Source of the DNA: Patescibacteria group bacterium
GTDB taxonomy: Bacteria; Patescibacteriota; Patescibacteriia; UBA2196
Direction: 5' to 3'
Assembly (NCBI GenBank): GCA_028748975.1
Contig: JAQTPI010000001.1
Span: forward strand, 64,354 to 128,353
Length of the DNA stretch: 64,000 nt
The position numbers and the translations under genes were made by a program. Shown piece after piece: positions 18,042 to 27,059 of this stretch. The notes beneath the pieces were generated by a model. It was not told the origin of the DNA. It did not search any database and saw only the letters and a list, made by a program, of their open reading frames with translations. How positions within the stretch are numbered: the first letter of the stretch is position 1; every line of letters begins with the position of its first letter.

Positions 18042-19109
18042 ATGGCTAAAAAAATAAAAATTAAATTTCCTAAACTTATTAAGATAGAATTAATTGCCGG
18101 CTTAATACTGGCAATTTTTTTGCTGATTTGCCATTTGGCTTACACCATACTTTATGGTGGTTCAACTGCGTCAAAAACCGAAGAAACAAAAGTTGAAGAA
18201 TGTAACAACAGGAGAATTTTGGATGGGATTTGTTTGGATAATGGCTTAGCAGAAAAATATCCCGTGGCCGTGATGATTGATAATCATCCTGATTCTTGGC
18301 CGCAGTTTGGTTTAAGCCGCGCGCAGATTGTTTATAATACTCTGGTGGAAGGCGGGCAAACCCGTCTCATGGCCGTTTATGCTGGTGGTCTAGCTGAACG
18401 GATTGGGCCGATTCGAAGTGCTCGGCCATATTATCTGGGTTGGGCCAAAGAACTGGATGCTTTTTATGGCCATTCCGGCGGGTCGCCCGAAGCCATCAAT
18501 ATTATTAAAAAAAATAATGTAAAAAATTTGGAAGAAGCCACGAGTTTCGGCCCCTTGTATTTTTGGCGCGATAAAAAATTCGCAGGGCCGCATAATCTTT
18601 TCACCTCTACCAAAAATTTGGAGCAGGCGAGTGTTGATTTTAATCTGGCCACCACCACACCAATAATTGAGTCCTGGCAGTTTAGTGAAAATAGTTTTAC
18701 TTCAGCCACAGAAACGACCACCAGAGTAGCCATCACTTATTCCACCTTAGGAATTTTTGATGTATCTTACAAATATAGTACTTCCACTAATAATTATTTA
18801 AGATTTCAAAACAGCGCGCCATTTATTGACGCTTTGGATAATAAACAAATTGAAATCAAAAACTTGATTATTCAATTTGTGCCCGCGGAAATTCATCTGG
18901 ATGCTGAAGATCGTTTGCGCCTTAACACCCTTGGCACCGGTTCGGCCTTCATTCTTTTTAATGGCCAGATTATCCGCGGCACCTGGCGCAAAATTGATTT
19001 TAATAGCCGCACCAAATTTTTTGACGCGGCCGGTGGTGAAATTATTTTTCCACCGGGAAATATCTGGGTAGAAGTGGTGCCGGGGAGTAGGGAAGTTATG
19101 GTTGAATAG
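18042..19109 (+). CDS. DUF3048-family protein (YerB-like putative lipoprotein)
   Basis: N-terminal transmembrane/signal segment followed by a conserved NHPDSWPQFGL...VEGGQTRLMAVY block. Confidence 0.65.
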   Translation: MAKKIKIKFPKLIKIELIAGLILAIFLLICHLAYTILYGGSTASKTEETKVEECNNRRILDGICLDNGLAEKYPVAVMIDNHPDSWPQFGLSRAQIVYNTLVEGGQTRLMAVYAGGLAERIGPIRSARPYYLGWAKELDAFYGHSGGSPEAINIIKKNNVKNLEEATSFGPLYFWRDKKFAGPHNLFTSTKNLEQASVDFNLATTTPIIESWQFSENSFTSATETTTRVAITYSTLGIFDVSYKYSTSTNNYLRFQNSAPFIDALDNKQIEIKNLIIQFVPAEIHLDAEDRLRLNTLGTGSAFILFNGQIIRGTWRKIDFNSRTKFFDAAGGEIIFPPGNIWVEVVPGSREVMVE

Positions 19110-19116
19110 CCAATAG

Positions 19117-19163
19117 TTTATCCCGAGCGGCCTTTTAGGGAAGTATTGAGCCGAGGGATCTCG
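19117..19163 (+). repeat. family R2 element, 8 nt after the DUF3048 gene stop
   Basis: gtttatcccgagcggccttttagggaagtattgagccgagggatctcg. Confidence 0.75.
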
Positions 19164-19173
19164 ATCATTTTTT

Positions 19174-19264
19174 CCCGAATTCTTACGAATGTTGTCAGAA
19201 TGTTTCCGAATGATGATAATCGTAATATTCGGGTAAATTCGGGGGTTATTCGTACTAATTCGGG
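19174..19264. repeat. family R4 inverted array (xCGAAT x4 ... ATTCGxx x4)
   Basis: cccgaattcttacgaatgttgtcagaatgtttccgaat...attcgggtaaattcgggggttattcgtactaattcggg. Confidence 0.7.
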
Positions 19265-19382
19265 CTATCTTATTGACTACTTGACACAAAAAATCAGGCA
19301 CGATACGATGGAATTGTTAGAAAATATCTTCTAATAATAAACCAAAAAACTGCCAATCTTGGCAGTAAAAAAGGAGGTTAAT

Positions 19383-19553
19383 ATGAATACCTTTTGGATT
19401 GTATTGTCGTGGGTGGCTTTTTTTGGATTCATTGGGCTGTTTGTCCGACGTTCCAATAAGACCACCAGCCGTCCAGCCGGCAGCGGATTTCGCGGCCGGG
19501 AAAGCGGCTGGTCGCGACCGCCAGAGCGGCGCCACCACCCATTTTTTGGGTAA
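19383..19553 (+). CDS. hypothetical small membrane peptide
   Basis: 56-aa ORF with an AAAGGAGG site and one transmembrane segment. GC-rich, and followed by a long terminator hairpin. Confidence 0.3.
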   Translation: MNTFWIVLSWVAFFGFIGLFVRRSNKTTSRPAGSGFRGRESGWSRPPERRHHPFFG

Positions 19554-19567
19554 AACACCAACAATTG

Positions 19568-19612
19568 AACCGCTAAGCGTCATGCGCTTCGCGGTTCTTT
19601 TTTATTTATTTT
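19568..19612 (+). terminator. intrinsic terminator
   Basis: 13-bp stem gaaccgctaagcg / cgcttcgcggttc followed by a T-run. Confidence 0.7.
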
Positions 19613-19618
19613 GGGAGC

Positions 19619-19647
19619 TTGACAAAAAATTCCAGATGCGCTATAAT
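19619..19647 (+). promoter_or_regulatory. sigma70-type promoter
   Basis: TTGACA-17-TATAAT upstream of the 19735 gene. Confidence 0.6.
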
Positions 19648-19734
19648 GAAATAAGTAAAAAATGGGCAAGAAAGCCCATAGCGACTCACACCGCTTAAGT
19701 GTGAAAATTCAAAACAAAAAAGAAGGAGGACAAA

Positions 19735-20184
19735 ATGTCCACGGATCAGCCAAAAACGAAATTATCAAAAGGAGATAAGTACAGCTTACTTATTGGCCTA
19801 GTAATTGTCTTATTTTTTTGTTTTTTTGGTTTTATTGATGTGTATTATGGGAACAAGAAGGTGGTGTTTGAAGACGAAAATTATAAGGTTTATGAGATAG
19901 GGTCCAATTATGTTTATGGCGGTGCTGGTATCATCGTTTTAAACAAAAAAGCCAAAAAAGATACCAGCCAGACGTGGAAAAAAGAATTCACTTCTTCCGA
20001 TCATGATCTCATTAACAAGGGTAATATCACTGATTGGGGCCGCACTTTTTACGGCGAAAGGACTTGGGCACAAAGACAAGGCGCGGTATTTATCGCTCAT
20101 GGTAATCTCGTAGCCTATTATTCTGTTGGAAACTATGGGTGCTATTATCCAACCGTAACCAATGTTGAATATGCCAAAAAATAA
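19735..20184 (+). CDS. hypothetical membrane-anchored protein
   Basis: AGGAGG site and an N-terminal transmembrane helix. Has a consensus promoter at 19619-19647 and a structured leader. Confidence 0.5.
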   Translation: MSTDQPKTKLSKGDKYSLLIGLVIVLFFCFFGFIDVYYGNKKVVFEDENYKVYEIGSNYVYGGAGIIVLNKKAKKDTSQTWKKEFTSSDHDLINKGNITDWGRTFYGERTWAQRQGAVFIAHGNLVAYYSVGNYGCYYPTVTNVEYAKK

Positions 20185-20198
20185 AAATCACGCGGACG

Positions 20199-20232
20199 CA
20201 AAAACCTTAGCCACGAGCTAAGGTTTTTTTAT
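20199..20232. terminator. bidirectional intrinsic terminator
   Basis: aaaaaccttagc-cacgag-ctaaggttttttt lies between convergent genes. Confidence 0.7.
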
Positions 20233-21293
20233 ATTTTTATCACTGCCACTCGCCACTTCTTGGCCAAATCTTTCTTAAATTTCACATTTGCTTTGGGCAG
20301 GTGTTTTTTTATTAATTTTTCCAAAAGCGGTTTTTGAAATGGTAAAATTTCTAAAAATATTGTTAATTGTTTATTGTTTATTGTTAATTGTTTAATCTGT
20401 TTCAATAGTTTTTCATATAAAAATAATCCATTATTTTTTGCCACCAGTGCCGTGCGCGGTTCAAATTTTAATCCTTGATAATTCCGGCGGTAAATTTTTT
20501 CTGGTAAGTACGGTAAGTTGGCGGTAACAATAATTTTCATGTCATTTTGAAGCCCCGAAGGGGCTGATGGAATCTCAAGATCCCATCGGTCCGATTTTAT
20601 CGGACCTCGGGATGACAAAAGAAAATTAAGCAGGTCGCTTTTAATAAATCTTATTTTTTTAGTAAGTCCGTGCAACCGCGCGTTTTTTTTCGCCACGGCG
20701 AGCGCGCGCTCTGAAATATCAGTGGCGACAGCGTCAATTAACAGCCAACAATTAGCAACTAGCAAATTTTTTAGAATTGATATAATAAGACAACCACTTC
20801 CTGTGCCGACATCAATAATGATTATTTTTTGTTTTTTTGTCCCGAGTACTCGGGATTGTTTATTGTTAATTGTTAATTGATTAATTACTTCTTCCACCAT
20901 CATCTCCGTCTCCGGCCGGGGGATTAAAACATTTTTATTCACCCAGAAATCCAGCCCAAAAAATTCTTTCTGTCCTAAAATATACGCCACCGGCTCGTTT
21001 TTACTTCGCCGGGCAATAAATTTTTTATATTTTTTTTCTTGGGATTTAGTCAATTCAAGTTCCGGGTGAGCGTAGAGAAGAGATTTACCAATCGACGACC
21101 TCTCTCTATCTCTCCCCTTATTAAGGGGAGAGGGATGAACAACCCCCCCTCCTTTACAAGGAGAGGGTCGGGGGTGAGGTCGTTGGTTTAAAATATTTAC
21201 TAATAAAATTTCCGCGTCCAAACCCGCCGACTCAATTCCGGCTTCTTGTAATTTTTTAATAGCCCAATTTAAAATTTGACAGATTTTTGGCAT
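20229..21293 (-). CDS. prmC: release factor glutamine N5-methyltransferase (PrmC/HemK)
   Basis: DVGTGSGCL and NLPY(L) motifs, immediately downstream of prfA. Contains two in-frame palindromic repeat insertions (20541-20616 and 21099-21182) plus LTINNKQ tandem repeats. Confidence 0.8.
   Translation of the reverse strand: MPKICQILNWAIKKLQEAGIESAGLDAEILLVNILNQRPHPRPSPCKGGGVVHPSPLNKGRDRERSSIGKSLLYAHPELELTKSQEKKYKKFIARRSKNEPVAYILGQKEFFGLDFWVNKNVLIPRPETEMMVEEVINQLTINNKQSRVLGTKKQKIIIIDVGTGSGCLIISILKNLLVANCWLLIDAVATDISERALAVAKKNARLHGLTKKIRFIKSDLLNFLLSSRGPIKSDRWDLEIPSAPSGLQNDMKIIVTANLPYLPEKIYRRNYQGLKFEPRTALVAKNNGLFLYEKLLKQIKQLTINNKQLTIFLEILPFQKPLLEKLIKKHLPKANVKFKKDLAKKWRVAVIKI
20541..20616. repeat. 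family R1 palindromic element inside the prmC CDS
   Basis: gtcattttgaagccccgaaggggctg...cggacctcgggatgac. In-frame. Confidence 0.7.
21099..21182. repeat. family R3 module inside the prmC CDS
   Basis: ctctccccttattaaggggagag...ccccccctcctttacaaggagagggtcgggggtgagg. In-frame. Confidence 0.7.
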
Positions 21294-21357
21294 AAGAGTA
21301 GGATAATTTTGGAGGTAAAAACAATCATTTTACAAACCAAACAGAGGGAGGAAAACC

Positions 21358-21573
21358 ATGTTTATAAAAGTAGGGCGTCCCTTTACATGTGCAGACGACT
21401 GTGAAAAGGTTTTAAGAGAAAACGGCATCACACCAAGAATGCAAAAGAAAGGAAAGGTAATCATCCTGCCGTGTTATCTTGGCGGACCAAGCGGCCAAGA
21501 TATTTTTTTGCAAATATTGGTCTGGAAAAAACAACCACCGCAAGAGCAACAAACGGTGGGTAGGCGCGCCTAA
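21358..21573 (+). CDS. hypothetical small Cys-containing protein
   Basis: 71-aa ORF with a GAGGGAGG site. Lies on the opposite strand between prfA and prmC. Confidence 0.35.
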   Translation: MFIKVGRPFTCADDCEKVLRENGITPRMQKKGKVIILPCYLGGPSGQDIFLQILVWKKQPPQEQQTVGRRA

Positions 21574-21646
21574 AAACGCGCTTTTTATTTTCGATTTTTT
21601 TGGTTTATTAGATTATTAAATTATCAGATTATTATTTTATTATTGG

Positions 21647-22684
21647 TCACACGTCCGCCTTTTTCAGCGCTTCAATAATTTCCGAAATGTTGCCATCCAT
21701 AATGCTCGCAATGTTGTGCCATGATTCTTTAATGCGGTGGTCGGTCACGCGATCCTGCGGAAAATTATAGGTGCGGATCTTTTCGCTTCTGTCGCCCGTG
21801 CCTACCTGTGATTTTCTCGTAGCCGCCAATTCTTTCTGTTTTTTTTCTTCCTCTATGGCGAGTAGCCGCGAACGCAAAACTTGCATGGCTTTTTCCTTAT
21901 TTTGCGCCTGCGAGCGTTCATCCTGGCAAGAAACAGCTAATCCGGTTGGAATATGTGTAATGCGCACCGCGGATTTGGTGGTGTTGACGCTTTGCCCGCC
22001 ATGGCCGCCGGCGCAAAAAGTGTCCACGCGCAAATCTTTCGGTTCAATTTTTAAATCAAATTCTTCCGCTTCCGGCATCACGGCCACCGTAATGGCCGAA
22101 GTGTGCACGCGCCCGGCTTTTTCCGTTTCCGGCACGCGCTGCACGCGGTGCGTGCCGCTTTCATATTTCATCCAGCCATAAACTCCGGAACCATTAATTT
22201 CAAAAATTATTTCTTTAAAACCGCCAATACCGATACTATTAGAAGAAATAATTTCTGTTTGCCAGCCCATCCGTTCGGCAAAGCGGGCATAGCAACGGAA
22301 TAATTCCGCCGAAAATAGCGCCGATTCGTCCCCGCCGGTGCCCGCCCGAATCTCTATAATGACATCTTTTTTATCCAGCGGATTTTTGGGATTGAGATAT
22401 TCTTCAATCTCTGCCGTCAGTTGTTTATTTTCTGCTTCTAAGGTAGTAATTTCTTCCGTGGCCACGCTTTTCAGTTCTTCGTCTTCGCCTTCAATAATAT
22501 TTTTATTTTCACCAATAGTAAAAGTATTTTTTTCCAGCCGTTCAATTTTTTCCAGAATTTCTTTCAGTTCGGAAAATTCTTTCATCATTTGCCCGTATTT
22601 TTTTTGGTCGTCAAAAACGCCCGGGGCTTGGAGAGCTCCGCCCAGTTCCGCGTATCGGTCTTTGAGTTTTTGGTAGTTAGACAT
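21647..22684 (-). CDS. prfA: peptide chain release factor 1
   Basis: GGQ motif (GGQSVNTT) and a PET tripeptide-anticodon region. The start is set at the internal Met (MSNYQ...) because the upstream ATG at 22702 lies inside a repeat element. The start is uncertain by 18 nt. Confidence 0.88.
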   Translation of the reverse strand: MSNYQKLKDRYAELGGALQAPGVFDDQKKYGQMMKEFSELKEILEKIERLEKNTFTIGENKNIIEGEDEELKSVATEEITTLEAENKQLTAEIEEYLNPKNPLDKKDVIIEIRAGTGGDESALFSAELFRCYARFAERMGWQTEIISSNSIGIGGFKEIIFEINGSGVYGWMKYESGTHRVQRVPETEKAGRVHTSAITVAVMPEAEEFDLKIEPKDLRVDTFCAGGHGGQSVNTTKSAVRITHIPTGLAVSCQDERSQAQNKEKAMQVLRSRLLAIEEEKKQKELAATRKSQVGTGDRSEKIRTYNFPQDRVTDHRIKESWHNIASIMDGNISEIIEALKKADV

Positions 22685-22697
22685 ATATTGTTTGATT

Positions 22698-22754
22698 GTC
22701 ATCCTGACGACCCACGATCCGCCAGCTGGCGGACGGGGGAGGAAGGATCTCGTG
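22698..22754 (+). repeat. family R1 element
   Basis: gtcatcctgacgacccacgatccgccagctggcggacgggggaggaaggatctcgtg. Confidence 0.7.
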
Positions 22755-22855
22755 ATCGAAGCGATGGGTAATAAAGATATAAGGAAATAAGGATATAAAA
22801 GGTTGGTTCTATATTTCCTTATATCTTTATATCCCTATATCTTTTCTATAAAATT

Positions 22856-22895
22856 ACGAGATTCCTCGTCCCGAGTATTTGGGACTCGGAATGAC
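22856..22895 (-). repeat. family R1 element
   Basis: acgagattcctcgtcccgagtatttgggactcggaatgac. Confidence 0.65.
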
Positions 22896-22902
22896 AACCA
22901 CT

Positions 22903-22940
22903 AAAAAATCCTCCTATAAACTTATTATAGCAGGATTTTT
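22903..22940 (-). terminator. intrinsic terminator after rpmE
   Basis: aaaaatcct...aggattttt hairpin. Confidence 0.5.
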
Positions 22941-22958
22941 AAATAAATTTAAACTCAG

Positions 22959-23285
22959 CTACTTTTTTGTGCTCTTTTTGTGCCCTGACTTTTTGGTTTT
23001 GATAATTTCAATATCCTTGGCTTTTTTGGCCTTGAGTTCTTTTCTTTTGGCGGTCTTGCCAATTTTACCTTTAGCGGCAGCTTCTTTTTTAGCCACTTTT
23101 TCCTGGAATTTTTCCACGCGGCGCGCGCTGTCTACCAATTTCTGTTTGCCCGTATAAAACGGATGGCAGGCAGAGCAAATTTCCACCTTGATTTCTTCTT
23201 CGGTGGAGCCGGTGGTAAAAGAATGCCCGCAGGCGCAAATTACTTTGGCATTTTTGTAGTATTTTGGGTGTATGTCTTTCTTCAT
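22959..23285 (-). CDS. rpmE: 50S ribosomal protein L31 with a Lys-rich C-terminal extension
   Basis: MKKDIHPKY...[12 protein letters not shown]. Confidence 0.9.
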   Translation of the reverse strand: MKKDIHPKYYKNAKVICACGHSFTTGSTEEEIKVEICSACHPFYTGKQKLVDSARRVEKFQEKVAKKEAAAKGKIGKTAKRKELKAKKAKDIEIIKTKKSGHKKSTKK

Positions 23286-23332
23286 AAAATCTTTTGATAA
23301 ATCGCCGGCTTTTCGCGTTATCTTCGCTTATC

Positions 23333-23370
23333 TGCGAATTAGTTGCGAATGCTGTGCAAATTTTGCGAAT
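23333..23370. repeat. family R4 half-array (TGCGAAT x3), upstream of rpmE
   Basis: tgcgaattagttgcgaatgctgtgcaaattttgcgaat. Confidence 0.6.
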
Positions 23371-23587
23371 AAATAATGATTAAAATAAGTATAGCATTTG
23401 TTTTTTTTGGTGTCAAATACGTAGAGATTTGACAAATATAACCCTAAAATGCTACGCTAAAAGAGTAAATAATTAATTCTCACGCCTGGGTGGCAAAAGC
23501 GTCCTGATTCCGTGCTTTTGGCATTTAAAGCCCTGGCGGAGGCGGATTCCAAATATTTTCATATTTGGAACCAAAGGACAAAAAACT

Positions 23588-24343
23588 ATGAGTAAAATTC
23601 CCGAGGTCAAAGACCTCCTCAAAGCGGGGTTGCATTTTGGTCACAAGTCAGCCGCTTGGAACCCAAAAATGGAGCCTTTTTTGTTTGGCGCCAAATCCGG
23701 CGTCCATGTTTTTAATTTGGAAAAAACCAGAGAGATGCTCTCGGCGGCCGTGGAGCAGGTGGAACGCACCGTGGCTTTGGGCGGGGTAGTGCTCTTTGTT
23801 GGCACCAAGCCGCAGGCCAAAGAAATTGTTAAAAAATATGCCATTGAGGCCGGTGTGCCGTTTGTCACCGAGCGCTGGCTTGGCGGTACCCTCACTAATT
23901 TTGGTGAGATTCGCCGGTTGATGCGCAAATATGAACAACTGACTAAAAATGCGGCGAGCGATGATTATGAACAAAAATATACCAAAAAAGAACGCCTGGA
24001 TTTTTCCGAAGAAATTAAAAAGCTGGAAAAAAACATCGGCGGCATCCTGACTTTAAATAAATTGCCGGATTTGGTTTTTGTGGCGAGCGCTCAAGAAAAT
24101 ATTATCGCGGTCAAGGAAGCCAAACAGTGTGAAATTCCGGTAGTTGGCGTTTGTGACAGCAATATCAATCCCGAGTTAGTGGATTATTGCATTCCAGGTA
24201 ATGATGACGCCACCAAATCAATCGAACTCATTTCTTCGCTTATGGCTGAAGCAGTCAAAACCGGCAAAAAAGAGTTGGAAAAAAATACCGTTAAAAAAGC
24301 CGAAGCCAAAAATAAAGAAGCTGAGGCTAAAGAAACTAAATAA
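23588..24343 (+). CDS. rpsB: 30S ribosomal protein S2
   Basis: LLKAGLHFGH... S2 signature throughout. Confidence 0.95.
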   Translation: MSKIPEVKDLLKAGLHFGHKSAAWNPKMEPFLFGAKSGVHVFNLEKTREMLSAAVEQVERTVALGGVVLFVGTKPQAKEIVKKYAIEAGVPFVTERWLGGTLTNFGEIRRLMRKYEQLTKNAASDDYEQKYTKKERLDFSEEIKKLEKNIGGILTLNKLPDLVFVASAQENIIAVKEAKQCEIPVVGVCDSNINPELVDYCIPGNDDATKSIELISSLMAEAVKTGKKELEKNTVKKAEAKNKEAEAKETK

Positions 24344-24363
24344 TAAAATAAAAATTAACTCAT

Positions 24364-24945
24364 ATGAATGAATTAATCAAAAAAATACGCGAGCAAACCG
24401 GCGCCGGCGTCATGGACATTAAAAAAGCGCTGATGGAAGCTGGTAATGATGAAAAAAAAGCCATTGAGATTTTAAGAAAACACGGCCAAAAAGTGGCGGC
24501 CAAGAAAAGCGCGGAGCGTGTTGCCAAAGAAGGTTTAATTGAGGCCTATGTCCACGGCAATGGCAAAGTGGCTTCTTTAATCATGCTTTCTTGCGAAACC
24601 GATTTTGTGGCGCGCAATTCTGAATTTAAAGAACTGGCGCATGACCTCGCCATGCAGGTGGCGGCCATGAACCCGCAATATCTCTCGGCTGACAAAATTC
24701 CCGCCGCGGTTTTGGAAGAAGAAAGAGAAATCATTCGGGCCAGCCTGAAAGAGGAAAAGAAACCCAAAGAAGTGGTGGAAAAAATTATTGATGGTAAATT
24801 AAATAAATTTTATAGCGAATTTTGTCTTTTGGAACAGCCTTTTATCAAAGATGATGAAAAAACTGTCAAAGAAGTGATTGCTGAAAAAATCGCCAAATTG
24901 GGCGAGAAGATTGAAGTGAAAAAAATCGCGCGGTTAAGTTTTTAA
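24364..24945 (+). CDS. tsf: elongation factor Ts (short form)
   Basis: UBA-like N-terminus and an LSCETDFVARN core, directly downstream of rpsB. Confidence 0.9.
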   Translation: MNELIKKIREQTGAGVMDIKKALMEAGNDEKKAIEILRKHGQKVAAKKSAERVAKEGLIEAYVHGNGKVASLIMLSCETDFVARNSEFKELAHDLAMQVAAMNPQYLSADKIPAAVLEEEREIIRASLKEEKKPKEVVEKIIDGKLNKFYSEFCLLEQPFIKDDEKTVKEVIAEKIAKLGEKIEVKKIARLSF

Positions 24946-24953
24946 CTTTTTTA

Positions 24954-25004
24954 GTTTATCCCGAGCGGCCTTTAAGGAAGTTAGGAGCCGAGGGATCTCG
25001 TCAG
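24954..25004 (+). repeat. family R2 element, 9 nt after the tsf stop
   Basis: gtttatcccgagcggcctttaaggaagttaggagccgagggatctcgtcag. The inverted partner cgctcgagataaac at 25090-25104 makes a MITE-like unit. Confidence 0.75.
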
Positions 25005-25117
25005 TAATCCATTAATCCGTAATTTGTTAATGAATAATAAATAATTTTGAATAACCAACGAGATCTCTCGACTCGTCCCGAGTACTCGGGACTTCGCTCG
25101 AGATAAACTGCTGTTTT

Positions 25118-25918
25118 ATGACCGTTGCTGAAGTACAATTCGCGCCTTGGGACAAGGCCTACTGGTTCGCCTATGATGGCCACGATGTCAACATTGGCGA
25201 TTATGTGATTGTCAGAACCGAGCTCGGTACGGAAATCGGCGTGGTCATTGGTTTTAAAGAAAATAATAATGATGAAAAAAAACGCGAAATAAAAAGCATC
25301 ATTCGCCTGGCCAACCTTTCTGATTTGGAACAAGTCAAAGAACGCAATAAAAGAAGGGCAGAGGCGCTCGCCACCTGTCGTCGTCTGGCCGCCGAACACG
25401 GCGTGGATTTAAAAATTGTTGATGCCCATTTTTCTTTTGACGGCGGGCGCATCACTTTTGCTTTTATTGCTAATGGCCGCCTGGATTTTCGCGAATTAGT
25501 CAAAGTTTTGACGCATACTTTTCAAAAATCAATCCGCATGCATCAACTTGGCGTGCGCGACGAAGCGCGTTACCTTGGCTCTTGCGGGCCTTGCGGCGAA
25601 AATCTTTGTTGCCAGCGTTTTTTAAAAGAGCTGGGGCAGGTGAGTTCGGAGTTGGTGGAAGCCCAGCAAATTATGCATCGCGGCAGTGAGCGCCTTTCCG
25701 GCATGTGCGGCCGTCTCAAATGCTGTTTGCGTTTTGAATATGACGGTTATTGTTCGCTCGCTAAAAATTTGCCAGCACTCGGCACGCGCGTGCGTACCGA
25801 CCACGGCCGCGGGGAAATTGTGGGGCAGAAAATTCTTAAACAAAGCGTGGTAGTGCGTCTTGACCCGGAAAAAGGCGAGTCCGGCGCTTTGGTGGAAGTA
25901 CCAATTAAGAAAAATTAA
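25118..25918 (+). CDS. PSP1 C-terminal domain protein (RicT/YaaT-like)
   Basis: Conserved PSP1 block with a cysteine cluster: CGPCGENLCC...CGRLKCCLRFE. Confidence 0.65.
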   Translation: MTVAEVQFAPWDKAYWFAYDGHDVNIGDYVIVRTELGTEIGVVIGFKENNNDEKKREIKSIIRLANLSDLEQVKERNKRRAEALATCRRLAAEHGVDLKIVDAHFSFDGGRITFAFIANGRLDFRELVKVLTHTFQKSIRMHQLGVRDEARYLGSCGPCGENLCCQRFLKELGQVSSELVEAQQIMHRGSERLSGMCGRLKCCLRFEYDGYCSLAKNLPALGTRVRTDHGRGEIVGQKILKQSVVVRLDPEKGESGALVEVPIKKN

Positions 25919-25939
25919 CAATCAAAAAAGGAGGATAAA

Positions 25940-26155
25940 ATGCGTATTTTTTCCAGGAGATTGGTAGGAGGACTTTGTTTACTTTTTGGTTCAATCTTGT
26001 TTCTTGTGTCTATCTTATCGTTTATTGGAGAGATAAAATTATTTCAAGGTTTGGCGTCTTTCATTCTCGGCGTTATTTTCACGTTTATTGGTTTTTATAA
26101 GTTAAAGGCTTTTGAGTCCGACCTTTTTTATACGGGGAAAAACGATGAAGAATAA
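25940..26155 (+). CDS. hypothetical small membrane protein
   Basis: 71-aa ORF with an AAAGGAGG site and two transmembrane segments. Confidence 0.4.
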   Translation: MRIFSRRLVGGLCLLFGSILFLVSILSFIGEIKLFQGLASFILGVIFTFIGFYKLKAFESDLFYTGKNDEE

Positions 26156-26171
26156 TTTTTTAAAACCCATT

Positions 26172-26205
26172 GAGTCGTCGTTTCACCGACGGCTTTTTTC
26201 TTTTC
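26172..26205 (+). terminator. intrinsic terminator
   Basis: gtcgtcg-tttcac-cgacggc followed by a T-run. Confidence 0.55.
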
Positions 26206-26213
26206 CGTTTTCT

Positions 26214-26242
26214 TGACATTATTTCTATAATTTGCTACAATG
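26214..26242 (+). promoter_or_regulatory. sigma70-type promoter
   Basis: TTGACA-17-TACAAT. Confidence 0.55.
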
Positions 26243-26321
26243 ACAATACAAAGATAGTTCTTTATAGAAAGCCAAGAGCACAGGCTAAAATGTGCTTAAA
26301 ACAAGAAAAGGGAGGATAAAA

Positions 26322-26834
26322 GTGAAAAGGGGATTTGTGTTGGGATTCACCTTATTTATCTGTTTCTTTTTATTGGCTGATTGTGCAAAACGGCCGGAAG
26401 GTCCGACCATAGGACACCAACTGGAAGAAATTGGGTTGATGGGTGAACACCAATTAATGAGGACCGAACACTCCAAACAAATTAAAGGTTCTTTGGCCGG
26501 ATTATTTTTTTTAGGTGTTGGCGGCATGGGTGGATCAATTGAATCAAATGATATTTTGGCGTTTTATTGGGAACCGAAACCGGGTGAAAGCATACGTTCT
26601 TCCTTGCCTTATAGTAAGTTTAGATTCATCAAAGATGAATCTAAAGATATTCCCACTATCGAATTTGTATTTGATCAGTATTGGTTAAAGAAGACCGGTA
26701 CTTATTGGTCTTTGGGTGAAGAAGAAATTTTAAACCCCAACCTAATAATTAATAGTCGATATTTATATTTGGCTAAAGTAAAAATTTCCGCCAAAACAAT
26801 GGAACAGGAAATTTATTTGCCGAAAGCCAAGTAA
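26322..26834 (+). CDS. hypothetical secreted protein / putative lipoprotein
   Basis: GTG start with an AAGGGAGG site. Signal peptide ends ...FLLADC. Consensus promoter at 26214-26242. Confidence 0.45.
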   Translation: MKRGFVLGFTLFICFFLLADCAKRPEGPTIGHQLEEIGLMGEHQLMRTEHSKQIKGSLAGLFFLGVGGMGGSIESNDILAFYWEPKPGESIRSSLPYSKFRFIKDESKDIPTIEFVFDQYWLKKTGTYWSLGEEEILNPNLIINSRYLYLAKVKISAKTMEQEIYLPKAK

Positions 26835-26975
26835 ATATTTGAAAACACTTTTTCAACAAACCACCGGTTTAACGGTGGTTTTTTCTTTCCCCGTAAATTC
26901 AGCAAGGTAAACTTGACATTTTTCTCCGCTTTTACTTGAAGGTGTGGTATAATAGAAGTATAAAAATATTAAAAC

Positions 26976-27012
26976 ATTCGCACCATTCGCACATAATTCG
27001 CACTAATTCGCA
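26976..27012. repeat. family R4 half-array (ATTCGCA x4) in the gap 5' UTR
   Basis: attcgcaccattcgcacataattcgcactaattcgca, downstream of an extended -10 TGGTATAAT. Confidence 0.65.
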
Positions 27013-27059
27013 TAAAACCGAATGACTGCGGGTGGGGCTGGCGAATAATAATAAACTCT

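Noticed and set aside
19146-19334. ORF-track CDS spanning 19146-19334, the minus-strand 51414-51680, and the N-terminal extensions of hrcA (28679), mraZ (45856), murF (49848), the PAP2 gene (44514), the 26292 ORF and the 54797 ORF
   Set aside because: They translate through dispersed repeat elements, a CIRCE operator or promoter -35/-10 hexamers. They rely on GTG/TTG alternative starts. Conserved protein alignments begin at downstream Met codons.
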